Source: a virus
Reading direction: 5' to 3' (one strand)
Length of the DNA stretch: 64,000 bases
IMG/VR virus record: IMGVR_UViG_3300045988_161245
Span: 148,685-212,684 of that record
Positions 53,077-63,117 of this stretch are shown piece by piece. Numbering within the stretch: the first letter of the stretch is position 1; the number at the start of each line of letters is the position of its first letter. The notes beneath the pieces are model-generated. The model was not told where the DNA came from and ran no database searches. It saw only the letters and a list, made by a program, of their open reading frames with translations. Both the position numbers and the translations under genes were made by a program.

Positions 53077-55704
53077 CTACTTTCTTTTAATTTTTATAAC
53101 AGCTTTTCGTACTAAATCAATTGGGATAATCATAAATGCCAAAACAACTGTCACACCCCACTGTGTACCTGACATTGCTGTACATCTCATAACATCTCCA
53201 CCGAACTGTGCTAAAACAAATGTTAAAGCAAAAATTACAACTGCAATTTCGATGAAAAGTTTATTTTTGCCAATACCCTTAAACAGATTGAATCCGTCCG
53301 TTCTGATATTAAATCCGTTGAATGTTGCCATCATAATGAGTAGTGCAAATCTGACTGTAGCATAAACAGGCTCATTGTTTCCGAAAATTTTCTGTACCGA
53401 TGGTAACAAAGTAATACCAAAGATTCCAATAAATGCCACAACTGATACTGCAATCTGACCGATAGTTTCTTTTGAAAGAAGTTTTGATCCTTTTGGAATA
53501 GGCTTTTCTTTCATATATTCGTCTTTCGCAGGTTCTCCACCAAAGGAAAGGGAATTAAGAGAATCCATAACAATGTTAATTACAAGAATCTGCACTGCAG
53601 CAATTGCTTCCACAGACATAATAATTGGATATAAGATACTGAGAATTACTAGACCTATATTGATAGGTAACTGAAATTTTAAAAACTTCATAACATTGTG
53701 CATAAATGTTCTTCCCAAAAGAACTGCATCTGTGATAGATACAAAGTTATCATCTGTGATAATAATATCGCCAGCTTCCTTACATACGTCTGTTCCAGAT
53801 CCCATTGAGAATCCAACATCTGCTGCTTTCAATGCTGGAGCATCGTTAGTCCCATCTCCTGTCATACCAACACATAAACCAAGTTCTTGAGCTAAACGTA
53901 CAATTCTAAGTTTAGTGTTTGGTGTTGCTCTAGCAATAACTTTAATATAAGGAAGTTTTTCTTTTGCCTCTTCGTCTGATAATGCATCAAAGTCAATAGC
54001 TGACATTGCAATGTCAGATTCACTTGTGATCAATCCAGCATCTTTTGCGATAGCTTTCGCTGTGTCGATAACGTCACCAGTTACCATCATGACCTGAACT
54101 CCTGCATTGTGCATTTTTGCCACTGCTTCTGGTACTTCCGGACGAACATCATCACGAATTGCAACCAGCGAAGTAAGAATAAGATCATCTGGGAATCCCT
54201 CTTCTGGTAATGTGGATTTGCTGTAACCTGTTGCGATAACTCGCATTGCTTTTACAGCATATGCTTTAACGATAATTTTCAGCCTGTCTTTGTCGATTGG
54301 CTGGATTCCTTCTGCTGTTTCATAGGAAATTGCTGCGTCAATCAGTTTTTCCGGCGCACCTTTGTAATAGGTAATCTTTCCTTCTTTTCCATCTGTCTCA
54401 ACTGCACTGAACTTATTTGCACTGTTGAAACTCTTTCTATTTGACACATTCACTGAATCAGTGACCATGTTGTATTCTTCTCTACTAACCAACGTGAGCA
54501 ATGCTCTTTCTGTGGCATTTCCGCCTACAATGTCGTTGTTTTCGTCATACATTGCACTGCTGTTTAATGCCACATTCAGCTTAAACAGATTGTCTGTCAT
54601 ACTTCCTTCCGGTACTGGGTTTCCATCACCCATTACATTCTCTACCGGCACAAGTTTACCTACTGTAAGAGTTCCTGTCTTATCGGTACAAAGTAACTGA
54701 ATATTACCTGCTTCTGGAATCTTGTTAGTGTGTTTAGCTAGGACATTGTGTTTAATCATTACTTTTGCATTCTGCGCAGTAATTAGATTAATGATAAGCG
54801 GTAGTCCTTCTGGTACTGCTGCGACAATAATGGTAAGCGCAGTTACTGTAATGGTAAGAATATTCTTCAGAATACCAATCCAACCCATTCCAAAGTATTC
54901 AGCGATACCGCCGTACTGGATAATGTTTGTGATGATCAATGCTACAACAATGATTGAAGCTCCGATATATCCGAATTTACTAATCTGTCCAGCAAGATCC
55001 TCCAACTGGATTTCCAGGGAAGTCTTTGTTTCTTCGATTTCATCAATGGTCGAAATTGTCTGACCGTTTACTGTGTCAACACCAACGTTAGTTACAATCA
55101 TTTTTCCTTCGCCATCTGTTACCGTTGTTCCGGAAAACAGTGCATAAGAATTTGTATAATCACTTGAATCCGCTTTTCTCTGACCACCAAATGTGATAGG
55201 TGAATCTTCTTTATCCCATGCTGTTTTTTTGCAAGGCTCTGACTCTCCATTCAATACAGAGTTGTCAACTTTTATATTTCCTTCTACCAGATATCCATCT
55301 GCATGAATGGCTTCTCCGGACTGAATGATAACCAGATCACCGACAACCAAATCATTTGTATTGATATGCTCGATTTTTCCATTTCTGATTACATTACAAT
55401 AATGAACTGATGTCCTATCCTTCAACTCTTTTGCACTTTTCTGGCTTTTCAGTCCGGTGTTCATTCCTAACAATGCGATTGCCAATAATACTACTGCAAC
55501 ACCAATCGGTTCTGAATAAGATCCCTGTCCAAACACTGCAATAACTGTAAATACAATCATCATTGCTAAAAGAATCTGATTTATGTGACTTTCAAATGTT
55601 TCCATAAAGAATTGAAACCCTGTTTTCAGCTTTTTCTCTGGCAGTTTATTACTACCATACTTTTCTCTCTGTTTTTCTACTTCACTACTTTTTAAACCGT
55701 ACAA
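53077..55704 (-). CDS. P-type ATPase, P2 (Ca2+-transporting) type
   Basis: TGES-like LNGESEP, AVPEGLP, phosphorylation site CTDKTGTLT, MVTGD and hinge GMTGDGTNDAPALK, with about 10 TM segments. 875 aa. Confidence 0.9.
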   Translation of the reverse strand: MYGLKSSEVEKQREKYGSNKLPEKKLKTGFQFFMETFESHINQILLAMMIVFTVIAVFGQGSYSEPIGVAVVLLAIALLGMNTGLKSQKSAKELKDRTSVHYCNVIRNGKIEHINTNDLVVGDLVIIQSGEAIHADGYLVEGNIKVDNSVLNGESEPCKKTAWDKEDSPITFGGQRKADSSDYTNSYALFSGTTVTDGEGKMIVTNVGVDTVNGQTISTIDEIEETKTSLEIQLEDLAGQISKFGYIGASIIVVALIITNIIQYGGIAEYFGMGWIGILKNILTITVTALTIIVAAVPEGLPLIINLITAQNAKVMIKHNVLAKHTNKIPEAGNIQLLCTDKTGTLTVGKLVPVENVMGDGNPVPEGSMTDNLFKLNVALNSSAMYDENNDIVGGNATERALLTLVSREEYNMVTDSVNVSNRKSFNSANKFSAVETDGKEGKITYYKGAPEKLIDAAISYETAEGIQPIDKDRLKIIVKAYAVKAMRVIATGYSKSTLPEEGFPDDLILTSLVAIRDDVRPEVPEAVAKMHNAGVQVMMVTGDVIDTAKAIAKDAGLITSESDIAMSAIDFDALSDEEAKEKLPYIKVIARATPNTKLRIVRLAQELGLCVGMTGDGTNDAPALKAADVGFSMGSGTDVCKEAGDIIITDDNFVSITDAVLLGRTFMHNVMKFLKFQLPINIGLVILSILYPIIMSVEAIAAVQILVINIVMDSLNSLSFGGEPAKDEYMKEKPIPKGSKLLSKETIGQIAVSVVAFIGIFGITLLPSVQKIFGNNEPVYATVRFALLIMMATFNGFNIRTDGFNLFKGIGKNKLFIEIAVVIFALTFVLAQFGGDVMRCTAMSGTQWGVTVVLAFMIIPIDLVRKAVIKIKRK

Positions 55705-55706
55705 AA

Positions 55707-56747
55707 TTAAATTTCTCCTTTCACAATTCTTTCATTTACAGACATAACAAACTCATTGATTTTCTTATAATCAGGCTTCTCTGGAAGTTTTGTCTGCTTT
55801 ATAACTTCCTGAAGCTTTTCTTCTCTTTGATCAAGAAGATCATAAAATTCCTTTTTGATAGTAATTCCGTCAGTGAAATCACCACGCTTAACAGCAAGCA
55901 GTTCTTCTCTTTCTGTCTTATCTTCTCTATATGTGCAATATTCTCCTGTGGTTAATAACTCAATTCCCATGTCATAAACTCTTAAAAGATGACTCATATG
56001 CTTAGAAATTTTCCCATGAGTTACAGCATAATTATTACGTTTATTGTTTTTGTCATAACTACTGCATACTGTTTTCATCTGATTCCAAAGATTGCACCAA
56101 TCTCTTAATGGATAATGTCTGAGATTAATATCCATATAAATTTCTTTATTAAATTCTGGTCTAACAGAATCATCAATATACAAATTGATACTATTGTCGT
56201 CATATGGAGAGTATTTTTCTTTTTCCCATTGATTTACAGCTTCAATACTTTGTAAGATATGCTTTTCTTTCTGCTCTTGATCAGATGCATTTGCAGATTT
56301 ATTTTGCATTCTACGAATCTGAGATCGTGAGTATTGGGTAAACGTATGTACACATAGCTGAGACATAAATAAATGCCTATTTTCATATAGTTCTTTGCCA
56401 ATTGGAGACATGTATAAATAATGCTCATTTCTAAGTCCTAATAACTCGCATGTACCAGGATCAGCTTTAGTTAAAAGATATACATACTTTTTCAATGATT
56501 TAATTTCAACATCAAGTACATTGTTTCGTACATTATCAAAATCCTGTCCAAGTAATACTTCTTCTTTTGAATTTAAAGCAATTCCACGAATGTCAACATC
56601 AGAATTTGGATTTTCCAGTCCATATGCATAGCTTCCACCTAGCCCCAACAAAATAATGTTGGAGCCAAGGTGTTCATTATTTCTCAGAAAATCATAGTCC
56701 GGACCAGCTACTTTTTTCTTAATCTCTTCAATCGTCATATCAATCAA
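55707..56747 (-). CDS. Pol-beta-superfamily nucleotidyltransferase (RlaP-like)
   Basis: GLGGSYAYGLENPNSDVDIRG matches the GSxxYG..SDxDxRG motif of the PF10127-type nucleotidyltransferases linked to RNA-repair loci. Confidence 0.55.
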   Translation of the reverse strand: MIDMTIEEIKKKVAGPDYDFLRNNEHLGSNIILLGLGGSYAYGLENPNSDVDIRGIALNSKEEVLLGQDFDNVRNNVLDVEIKSLKKYVYLLTKADPGTCELLGLRNEHYLYMSPIGKELYENRHLFMSQLCVHTFTQYSRSQIRRMQNKSANASDQEQKEKHILQSIEAVNQWEKEKYSPYDDNSINLYIDDSVRPEFNKEIYMDINLRHYPLRDWCNLWNQMKTVCSSYDKNNKRNNYAVTHGKISKHMSHLLRVYDMGIELLTTGEYCTYREDKTEREELLAVKRGDFTDGITIKKEFYDLLDQREEKLQEVIKQTKLPEKPDYKKINEFVMSVNERIVKGEI

Positions 56748-58788
56748 ACCTATCTACCTTAATCATTTTTACAGTGTTTCCAGTAGTTACTTTAATAATC
56801 AAATTCCATTCTTTGTCTTTGCTGTAACCAACACCACAAGCACTTGCTTCATCTTCACCCTCAATAGGTGTTGACGCAGTATACGCTTCAAGTGTTTTCC
56901 TAATTTCCTGTAGATCACCCTTAAGCATCTCAGTAAAGAAACCACGTCCAACTCCGCCTGTCATATCTTTACAGTCTTTCAATAAGAAGAAAGTGTGTTC
57001 GCCAGATCGTTTATATGGATTTTCTCCCCACATGTTTGGAGACGGAATAATTGCAACAACTTCTGAGAATCCGTTACTGATTCCCCAAGTTTCTTTAGTT
57101 TCTGTCTTTTTAGAATTTGCAGTAAACTTAGGATCTTCACCATGACGATAATCAAATTCAAATACTACGTCTGTATTTTTTCTATAATTATCACTTGTAA
57201 GATTTCCGTCATAAGTATAAATTTTTCCATTTACTTCAAGCTCTAATTTATATGGATTATTGGTTGCTCTATTTGTATAGTTATTAACAAAGAATTTATA
57301 ACGTCCTTCTGGAGCAGTTCCAGTTGCCCAACGAATATTCTCGACAGGAGTTACTGTTTCACCATTAACATTTGCATCAACATCTAGTGAACCATATCCG
57401 TGATTCTTATGTCCAAAATAAATTTCCACTCCATCAGGACAAATACAATGTACATCCAGGTCGGTACGTGTATTCCAGATTAGAGAACATCTGATCTCAC
57501 AACCTTCATATTTTGCACCTTTTGCTTCAAGTCGCTCACGAATTACAGAATCAATACCACTCTGGTAATACCAAGAAAATGTATTATCCCAGTTCATAAT
57601 ATTTTCAGATTCCGGAACAGCAGCTGTTACAATTCCCATAAGATGAGTTGTTCCATCAACTTTTACTTCCAACTTATCTGCAGTAGGAAGAATTGTTTTT
57701 CTGAATTTATCCCATGTCATAGTTACCTGTGGAATTACAGATTTTGTTTCATTACTATCTACAGCTTTAGTCTGAACTCCTGCAAATACTCCAGTCTTTA
57801 CTTCCTCTTTATTTTCAGTTTTACTCTTCCAAATAAACTCATTCTCAGGAAGCTCATCCAGTTTTGCATATCTTCTTCTAAGTGAATCTGCAAGACCAAG
57901 TTTTTCAATAAGTTTTTCAGCACTTTCAACAGCTCTCTGAGTAGGTGCAGACTGTGAACGTCTATAATTCTCAGCACTCATATTTGTCTCAAATTTTCGT
58001 TTGATTGTATCAAAGTCATCTCCATCTACAATATAATCAAGTAATGTACCTAACATACTTCCGGAAATGTGAGTAAATCCATTTGGAGCTGTAGCAGCAT
58101 ATTTCCAAATCATATTAGTGTGTTGTGGCTGATCATTGATAGAAGCAATCTTCTCTTTTGTTTCCTTGAACCATTTACACATTGCTACATAGCTGCTACC
58201 TCTATATAAACTTCCGGATTCTAATAAATTAAGTGCCTGATCAATCTGTGGCATGGAATACTTCTCAAGTGCTCTTTTCAGCATTCCATAATCTTCAGCT
58301 TTTTCAGCAGAAATCTGTGAAGCATTTTTTACCCTTGATGTATTGATCATTACTCTTGGAAGTTTTGCAGAAAAATGATGGAATCCATTGGTATCATATG
58401 TTCCAAGATCCACATAATCTGATACGAATACATCCTGGACCTGAGCAGACTCAACAATCTCTTTCATCTGTGTAATTGGCTCAATAAACATCCCAGGGAT
58501 ATTTTCAATGTTCCAAATAGCAGATTCAGTTGTTCCATCGTCTTTAATAAATACAAGTCCACCAAATCGATCTACAAAGTGTTTACAAGCTCTACATGTA
58601 TATTCCTGTTTGCAAGCATCTGGAAGATAGTAAAGAAATATGTCAAATAAGTCAGATACGCTTGTTCTAAACAGTGGTGTTTTTACATTGTCTTTTAGTT
58701 TTGATGCAAAAGTTTTCTTAATATTGTCAACAAGTTCCTCATATCCATTGTTCTCATTTTTCCAGATTTCCGGATCATACATCTTCAT
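56740..58788 (-). CDS. large hypothetical protein with C-terminal YfaP/DUF2135-like beta-sandwich
   Basis: 682 aa. The C-terminal block IRCSLIWNTRTDLDVHCICPDGVEIYFGHKNHGYGSLDVDAN resembles the DLDLHV..P.G..I.Y motif of YfaP-type domains. The N-terminal ~430 aa were not recognised. Confidence 0.5.
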   Translation of the reverse strand: MKMYDPEIWKNENNGYEELVDNIKKTFASKLKDNVKTPLFRTSVSDLFDIFLYYLPDACKQEYTCRACKHFVDRFGGLVFIKDDGTTESAIWNIENIPGMFIEPITQMKEIVESAQVQDVFVSDYVDLGTYDTNGFHHFSAKLPRVMINTSRVKNASQISAEKAEDYGMLKRALEKYSMPQIDQALNLLESGSLYRGSSYVAMCKWFKETKEKIASINDQPQHTNMIWKYAATAPNGFTHISGSMLGTLLDYIVDGDDFDTIKRKFETNMSAENYRRSQSAPTQRAVESAEKLIEKLGLADSLRRRYAKLDELPENEFIWKSKTENKEEVKTGVFAGVQTKAVDSNETKSVIPQVTMTWDKFRKTILPTADKLEVKVDGTTHLMGIVTAAVPESENIMNWDNTFSWYYQSGIDSVIRERLEAKGAKYEGCEIRCSLIWNTRTDLDVHCICPDGVEIYFGHKNHGYGSLDVDANVNGETVTPVENIRWATGTAPEGRYKFFVNNYTNRATNNPYKLELEVNGKIYTYDGNLTSDNYRKNTDVVFEFDYRHGEDPKFTANSKKTETKETWGISNGFSEVVAIIPSPNMWGENPYKRSGEHTFFLLKDCKDMTGGVGRGFFTEMLKGDLQEIRKTLEAYTASTPIEGEDEASACGVGYSKDKEWNLIIKVTTGNTVKMIKVDRFD

Positions 58789-58807
58789 AATTTTTTCTCC
58801 TTATTTT

Positions 58808-59242
58808 CTATTCAAAATATTTTTTAATGAGTTTCTTGGCAGATTTATCAGGAAGTAACTTTATAAGTCTGATAATTTCTTTAGTACACTCTCTTTCAAA
58901 ATCATTGTCTGAGTCCTGTACCTCTTTATTGAATTTATCAATATATGAATTACTTACTTTCTGCTCCCTAATACTTTCTTCTCTCTTTTCTTTCATTTCA
59001 TTCTGAATTTTCTTTGCTCTTTCAATGTAATCATCTGCAAGAAAATCGTCATACTGCATACTTACAGCATCTCTAATCTTATTTGTTAGATCCACTGAAA
59101 GAATTGTTACGGAACCCATTGTTGGACGCATAACTGAGAGAAGTCCTTTTTCACTCATCCCTAACTTCTCATAAACTGTTTTAGCTCTACTGAAAATTTC
59201 TCTATCTGTCATCTCGTAGAAAATTAATTCTGCTTTTGTCAT
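58808..59242 (-). CDS. hypothetical protein
   Basis: The start was moved to MTKAELIFYEM (RBS AAGGAGA). Confidence 0.45.
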   Translation of the reverse strand: MTKAELIFYEMTDREIFSRAKTVYEKLGMSEKGLLSVMRPTMGSVTILSVDLTNKIRDAVSMQYDDFLADDYIERAKKIQNEMKEKREESIREQKVSNSYIDKFNKEVQDSDNDFERECTKEIIRLIKLLPDKSAKKLIKKYFE

Positions 59243-59295
59243 ATATTTAATGTTCTCCTTGAAAAATATAGGTTTCTGTGCTACTGTTATTCCTA

Positions 59296-59598
59296 TCAAC
59301 CACCGCAACTTGACGGTTGATTGGAATTAGAAAAGCAAAACTGAATAAGGAGGTATTGAGATGCTAAATTTTCTAAAGTTTGTCTTCTCATGCCTTGGTA
59401 CATACGGATTGTATTTAATTTTGTCACACAGTATAAAATTTTATGCAATATATATGATTTGCCATCATTCTGAACTTTCAGATGAAAAGGTAAGTTATAT
59501 AACTCGTATGCTATACAAGGACAAAAGTTATCGTAAGAAATAACTTCCTGTCTTACTGCAGTTTGCTTTAATAATTCTGTTTTGTCATATATTGCCAT
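59296..59598 (-). CDS. hypothetical protein
   Basis: 100-aa ORF. The C-terminal part may be read-through. Confidence 0.3.
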   Translation of the reverse strand: MAIYDKTELLKQTAVRQEVISYDNFCPCIAYELYNLPFHLKVQNDGKSYILHKILYCVTKLNTIRMYQGMRRQTLENLASQYLLIQFCFSNSNQPSSCGG

Positions 59599-59927
59599 TT
59601 GGCAATTATGTGACTCCTTTTTTCATTGAGGGCTGTTTTCTTTATAGATTTCAGTCCTCATTTATTTTAAGAGTGTCGCCACCCATAAAACCAAACTTTT
59701 ATCGCTTTGTCTTGAAATTATTTTTCACTACAATAATTGTTACAATAAGAAAGATTACAAGCATCACAAGGCTAATCCACAATGGAATTAGAACAACTGT
59801 CCATGACCATGTGATTAATCCGGTAAGCTTAAGTACCAGAAACACAATTGTAAAACACCTAGAATTCCAATTCCACTTGAACTGCTACTATTTCTTTTGT
59901 TATTCATTTCTCTATTCCTCCTATTCT

Positions 59928-60086
59928 TCAACTTTATATTTGCAAACTAATGGACATTCTTCTTCATTGCATTCATTATCAGTCAGTTCACATCCGTATT
60001 CTTTATAGCCGGTATCCCACTCAGAATAAGATACATAATTATATTCGCAATCATCTAATTTGCATTCTATAACTTTATCTTCCATA
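59928..60086 (-). CDS. small acidic Cys-rich protein (52 aa)
   Basis: Hand-translated MEDKVIECKLDDCEYNYVSYSEWDTGYKEYGCELTDNECNEEECPLVCKYKVEE. It starts 2 nt after the stop of the upstream gene. Confidence 0.35.
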
Positions 60087-60087
60087 A

Positions 60088-60666
60088 TTAATCCTGCTTC
60101 GTTGCGATAGATTTAATATTATTCTCAAGCTGCCTATATGTATTATTTTGTGTAAGTATATTTAATACCGTGTTTGAAAGCATATCTTTAGTAGTATTGT
60201 CAAAAGTTTCTTTCATGGTGCGATTAATCTGATCACGAATATCTTCAAAGTAACTATCCATTTTCTTTTTAATTTCTTTTTCCACATATGTTTCATAATA
60301 TTTTTTTATATACTCATCAAATGTTACTTCTTCGTATCTGTCATATTTACCCATCATTCTGAATCTCTCATTGTCTAATCGTTCTTTTAAGCACTTCTTT
60401 ATATACTCTTCAACTGTGTACTCATTTACATCTGCATCGCCCCAGAAATCTTCTTTTCTGACAGTAATTTTAGTATTTGTAATATAATCATTTACAAATT
60501 CATTGAAATTTTTTGTCACTACTTCGGAAATAATATCGCCACCAAGTTTTGCTACCTGTTCTTTAATAGTATCCTCTACTTGCGATTTAACTGCTTCCTC
60601 AATATTTTTAGATACAGATTTTTCAATGAGATCCTGTAAGTTATCCATTTCAAATGTTATCTTCAT
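60088..60666 (-). CDS. hypothetical protein
   Basis: 192-aa charged ORF with RBS GGAGG. Confidence 0.5.
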   Translation of the reverse strand: MKITFEMDNLQDLIEKSVSKNIEEAVKSQVEDTIKEQVAKLGGDIISEVVTKNFNEFVNDYITNTKITVRKEDFWGDADVNEYTVEEYIKKCLKERLDNERFRMMGKYDRYEEVTFDEYIKKYYETYVEKEIKKKMDSYFEDIRDQINRTMKETFDNTTKDMLSNTVLNILTQNNTYRQLENNIKSIATKQD

Positions 60667-60687
60667 TTCTCCATTCCTCCTTATTAC

Positions 60688-61065
60688 CTACTTCCAAAAG
60701 AAAACTAAAAATGTTACAACAATTTGTGCTAAATGAATTAGCTGATCCTGAATCAAATTAATCTCTTTCTTATTGGCTTTCATATTATCAGTGATCATGT
60801 GAATTATTATATTAAGCACAAACACTAACGGATAATAATGTCCACCAAATATAATTACATACAAGGTTGGCGCAAGCATCATCATAAATGTCCAACTAAA
60901 ACTATGCATAAATAACGCCATCAGATAATCATGCTTATATAAATCATCTGGAGCATTTTTCTCCCACCACGATTTTTGTTTCGCAGACGCTAACCATCCT
61001 TGAAGATAATAGTCATCCACTATATGACAAAAAATCATACTGATTAAAATAATGAAATATTTCAT
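60688..61065 (-). CDS. DUF3307-family membrane protein
   Basis: N-terminus HIVDDYYLQG matches the H.v.D...Q signature. 4 TM segments. Confidence 0.55.
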   Translation of the reverse strand: MKYFIILISMIFCHIVDDYYLQGWLASAKQKSWWEKNAPDDLYKHDYLMALFMHSFSWTFMMMLAPTLYVIIFGGHYYPLVFVLNIIIHMITDNMKANKKEINLIQDQLIHLAQIVVTFLVFFWK

Positions 61066-61138
61066 CTACAATACCTTCTTCCCTATTCAATTTTTATTTA
61101 TGCTGGAAATTAACTGCGGAATCGCAGCTATAAGAATT

Positions 61139-61528
61139 TTAATCCCAGGAGATTTTGTCTCCATCTATTTTATATTTTTTATAATATTTCATTCCCATAT
61201 CAAGCAAAATTTTTCTATATTGATTTTTATACATATTCCATGGGTTAAAATAATAATTATCGTTTGCAAATATAAATGTTGTATATTTCTTACCTTCCAT
61301 CATTGCCATAGATATTCTTTTATTTTGATCATAAACAACGCTATTAAATGTATCCTTTATACGTTTATTGACTTTATGGCGTTCTACTTTTTTAGTAATA
61401 AACGGAATTTTATATATAACTTTTTCAATTTTTTCTTGCAACATTAAACATATAAGAAAAATCATTAAAATTGTAAAAGCTATAATGATAATAATACCTA
61501 TAATTGTACTAGCCATAATTTTCTCCAA
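61139..61528 (-). CDS. membrane-anchored hypothetical protein
   Basis: 129 aa with one N-terminal TM segment. Confidence 0.45.
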   Translation of the reverse strand: MEKIMASTIIGIIIIIAFTILMIFLICLMLQEKIEKVIYKIPFITKKVERHKVNKRIKDTFNSVVYDQNKRISMAMMEGKKYTTFIFANDNYYFNPWNMYKNQYRKILLDMGMKYYKKYKIDGDKISWD

Positions 61529-61738
61529 TCAAACTAAATTTTCATCTGGTATATACATTTTTGTTTCAGGTATACTCCATCCATCTACTATTTCTAATGG
61601 ATATGCTCTTTTGTGATCTGTTGATACAAAATTTTTTTCATCTTCTGTCAAATACGCCAAATCATATTTGCCATTAATAAAAACCCAACATGGTAAAACT
61701 TTCGCACTTTTAGGCATATGTTCTTTTATAGAAATCAT
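61529..61738 (-). CDS. hypothetical protein
   Basis: 69-aa ORF abutting the next gene. Confidence 0.4.
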   Translation of the reverse strand: MISIKEHMPKSAKVLPCWVFINGKYDLAYLTEDEKNFVSTDHKRAYPLEIVDGWSIPETKMYIPDENLV

Positions 61739-61759
61739 TTTAATTACCTCTAAAAATTT

Positions 61760-62137
61760 TTATTTGATCAATAACTCTTCGACCTTGCTAATCTCTTCTC
61801 TTAACTTTTTAATCCTAGCATTCACGAGAGCATTAAATCCTTCTACTGCTTCCTCATATGTATCAGCATAAATCCTGGCTCCAATACCTACACCATTTTT
61901 CTTTAGACTTCCATTCTTTTTATATTCATAAAATGTGGAATCGACTATCCGTCCCTTTATTGGTTTACAGAATAAATTTACTGCTCGCTCGTCTTCTAAA
62001 TATGCAAAAGCATAGAAATCCTTATTGTCTTCTATCTTATTTCTGTCGTATTGAATATTTGCTTTTGCCAAGATATCTTCTGTGTGATATATAATCAAAT
62101 AACCGCAACCATATTGACTATCCTTGTAATGTAACAT
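61760..62137 (-). CDS. hypothetical protein
   Basis: 125-aa ORF with a RBS. Confidence 0.45.
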   Translation of the reverse strand: MLHYKDSQYGCGYLIIYHTEDILAKANIQYDRNKIEDNKDFYAFAYLEDERAVNLFCKPIKGRIVDSTFYEYKKNGSLKKNGVGIGARIYADTYEEAVEGFNALVNARIKKLREEISKVEELLIK

Positions 62138-62163
62138 TATAATTCCTCCGTAAATTTTCTATT

Positions 62164-62430
62164 TTACCACAACATTTCCGAGATAAGCCAAGCCTGTCCA
62201 TCATCAGGTTTGATCTGCCTACAACTCACAGCATGATAATAAGCCTGTTCTCTATTCAGAAATTCTCCATCTGTTGTTATAAATCCTTGCTCAAGTTCTT
62301 TATATCCTACTTTTGGTTCGAACCCAAGTGCTGCTAATTGCCTAAATGGAGCGTCATGTCTCAATCCACATAGGACAACCTTTTGATCAGTTTTCTCAAT
62401 ATAAAATTTAACTGCCGCTGCTATAATCAT
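62164..62430 (-). CDS. hypothetical protein
   Basis: 88-aa ORF with a 4-nt overlap with the upstream gene. Confidence 0.45.
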   Translation of the reverse strand: MIIAAAVKFYIEKTDQKVVLCGLRHDAPFRQLAALGFEPKVGYKELEQGFITTDGEFLNREQAYYHAVSCRQIKPDDGQAWLISEMLW

Positions 62431-62783
62431 TTTTTATCATATCTTTCTTTAAGCTTGTCTGTAAGTGTTACTGCCACAACATGTGTTCTAAGGTAATAAT
62501 TAAGGGCAGTACCGATTAAATCATAACCATCGTCTACAAGGATATTCTCAGGTAACCTTATTTTCCTTGATTCAATGTCATTCTCAGTTAACGGTACCGG
62601 AATACACAAGTCTAAGTCTTCAGCCATTTTTAGCAAATTAACAGCCCTATCTTTTGTTTTGGTTAATATAGGATATTGAGTTGTTGCGCTTGTATAAAGT
62701 AACTGTGCACTCTTTCCGGTACCTCGATCTTTAATAATCAAATTTGTACTCATAAATTCTCCTTTACAATCCAAGTTCTTCAA
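62427..62783 (-). CDS. hypothetical protein
   Basis: 118-aa ORF. Confidence 0.45.
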   Translation of the reverse strand: MKNLDCKGEFMSTNLIIKDRGTGKSAQLLYTSATTQYPILTKTKDRAVNLLKMAEDLDLCIPVPLTENDIESRKIRLPENILVDDGYDLIGTALNYYLRTHVVAVTLTDKLKERYDKK

Positions 62784-63117
62784 TTACCGGCAATACTTTA
62801 TCTGTTAATTCTGGATAAAATTTTGCCAACGTCTCTCTAGCATTTAATGGCTTGTCTGGTTTTGTATATCTTGCACACTCCCAGTCAATTACCATTTGTA
62901 CAAAATCAGAATGTGTTTTTGCTTTAACATTATGATGAGGCATATGGAGTCTGTGCCAATAGCGTACTTTCTTATAATCAAAAAACATATATAAGAACAT
63001 TTTATCTAAATCATGAAATAAGCTTCTAAAAGTATTATATCCCAATAACTGTTTCTCAATTTTTCTAAAAGCTTTTCTATGATCTGATGTATATTTGATT
63101 CTATCCTTATTCTTCAT
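62764..63117 (-). CDS. hypothetical His-rich protein
   Basis: 117 aa with HDLDK and HRLHMPHHN, possibly metal-binding. Confidence 0.4.
   Translation of the reverse strand: MKNKDRIKYTSDHRKAFRKIEKQLLGYNTFRSLFHDLDKMFLYMFFDYKKVRYWHRLHMPHHNVKAKTHSDFVQMVIDWECARYTKPDKPLNARETLAKFYPELTDKVLPVIEELGL

Noticed and set aside
59592-60008. 138-aa plus-strand ORF
   Set aside because: It is antisense to small minus-strand genes and intergenic sequence in a uniformly minus-strand block. Its composition is low-complexity Ser, Phe and Ile, and it has no RBS.
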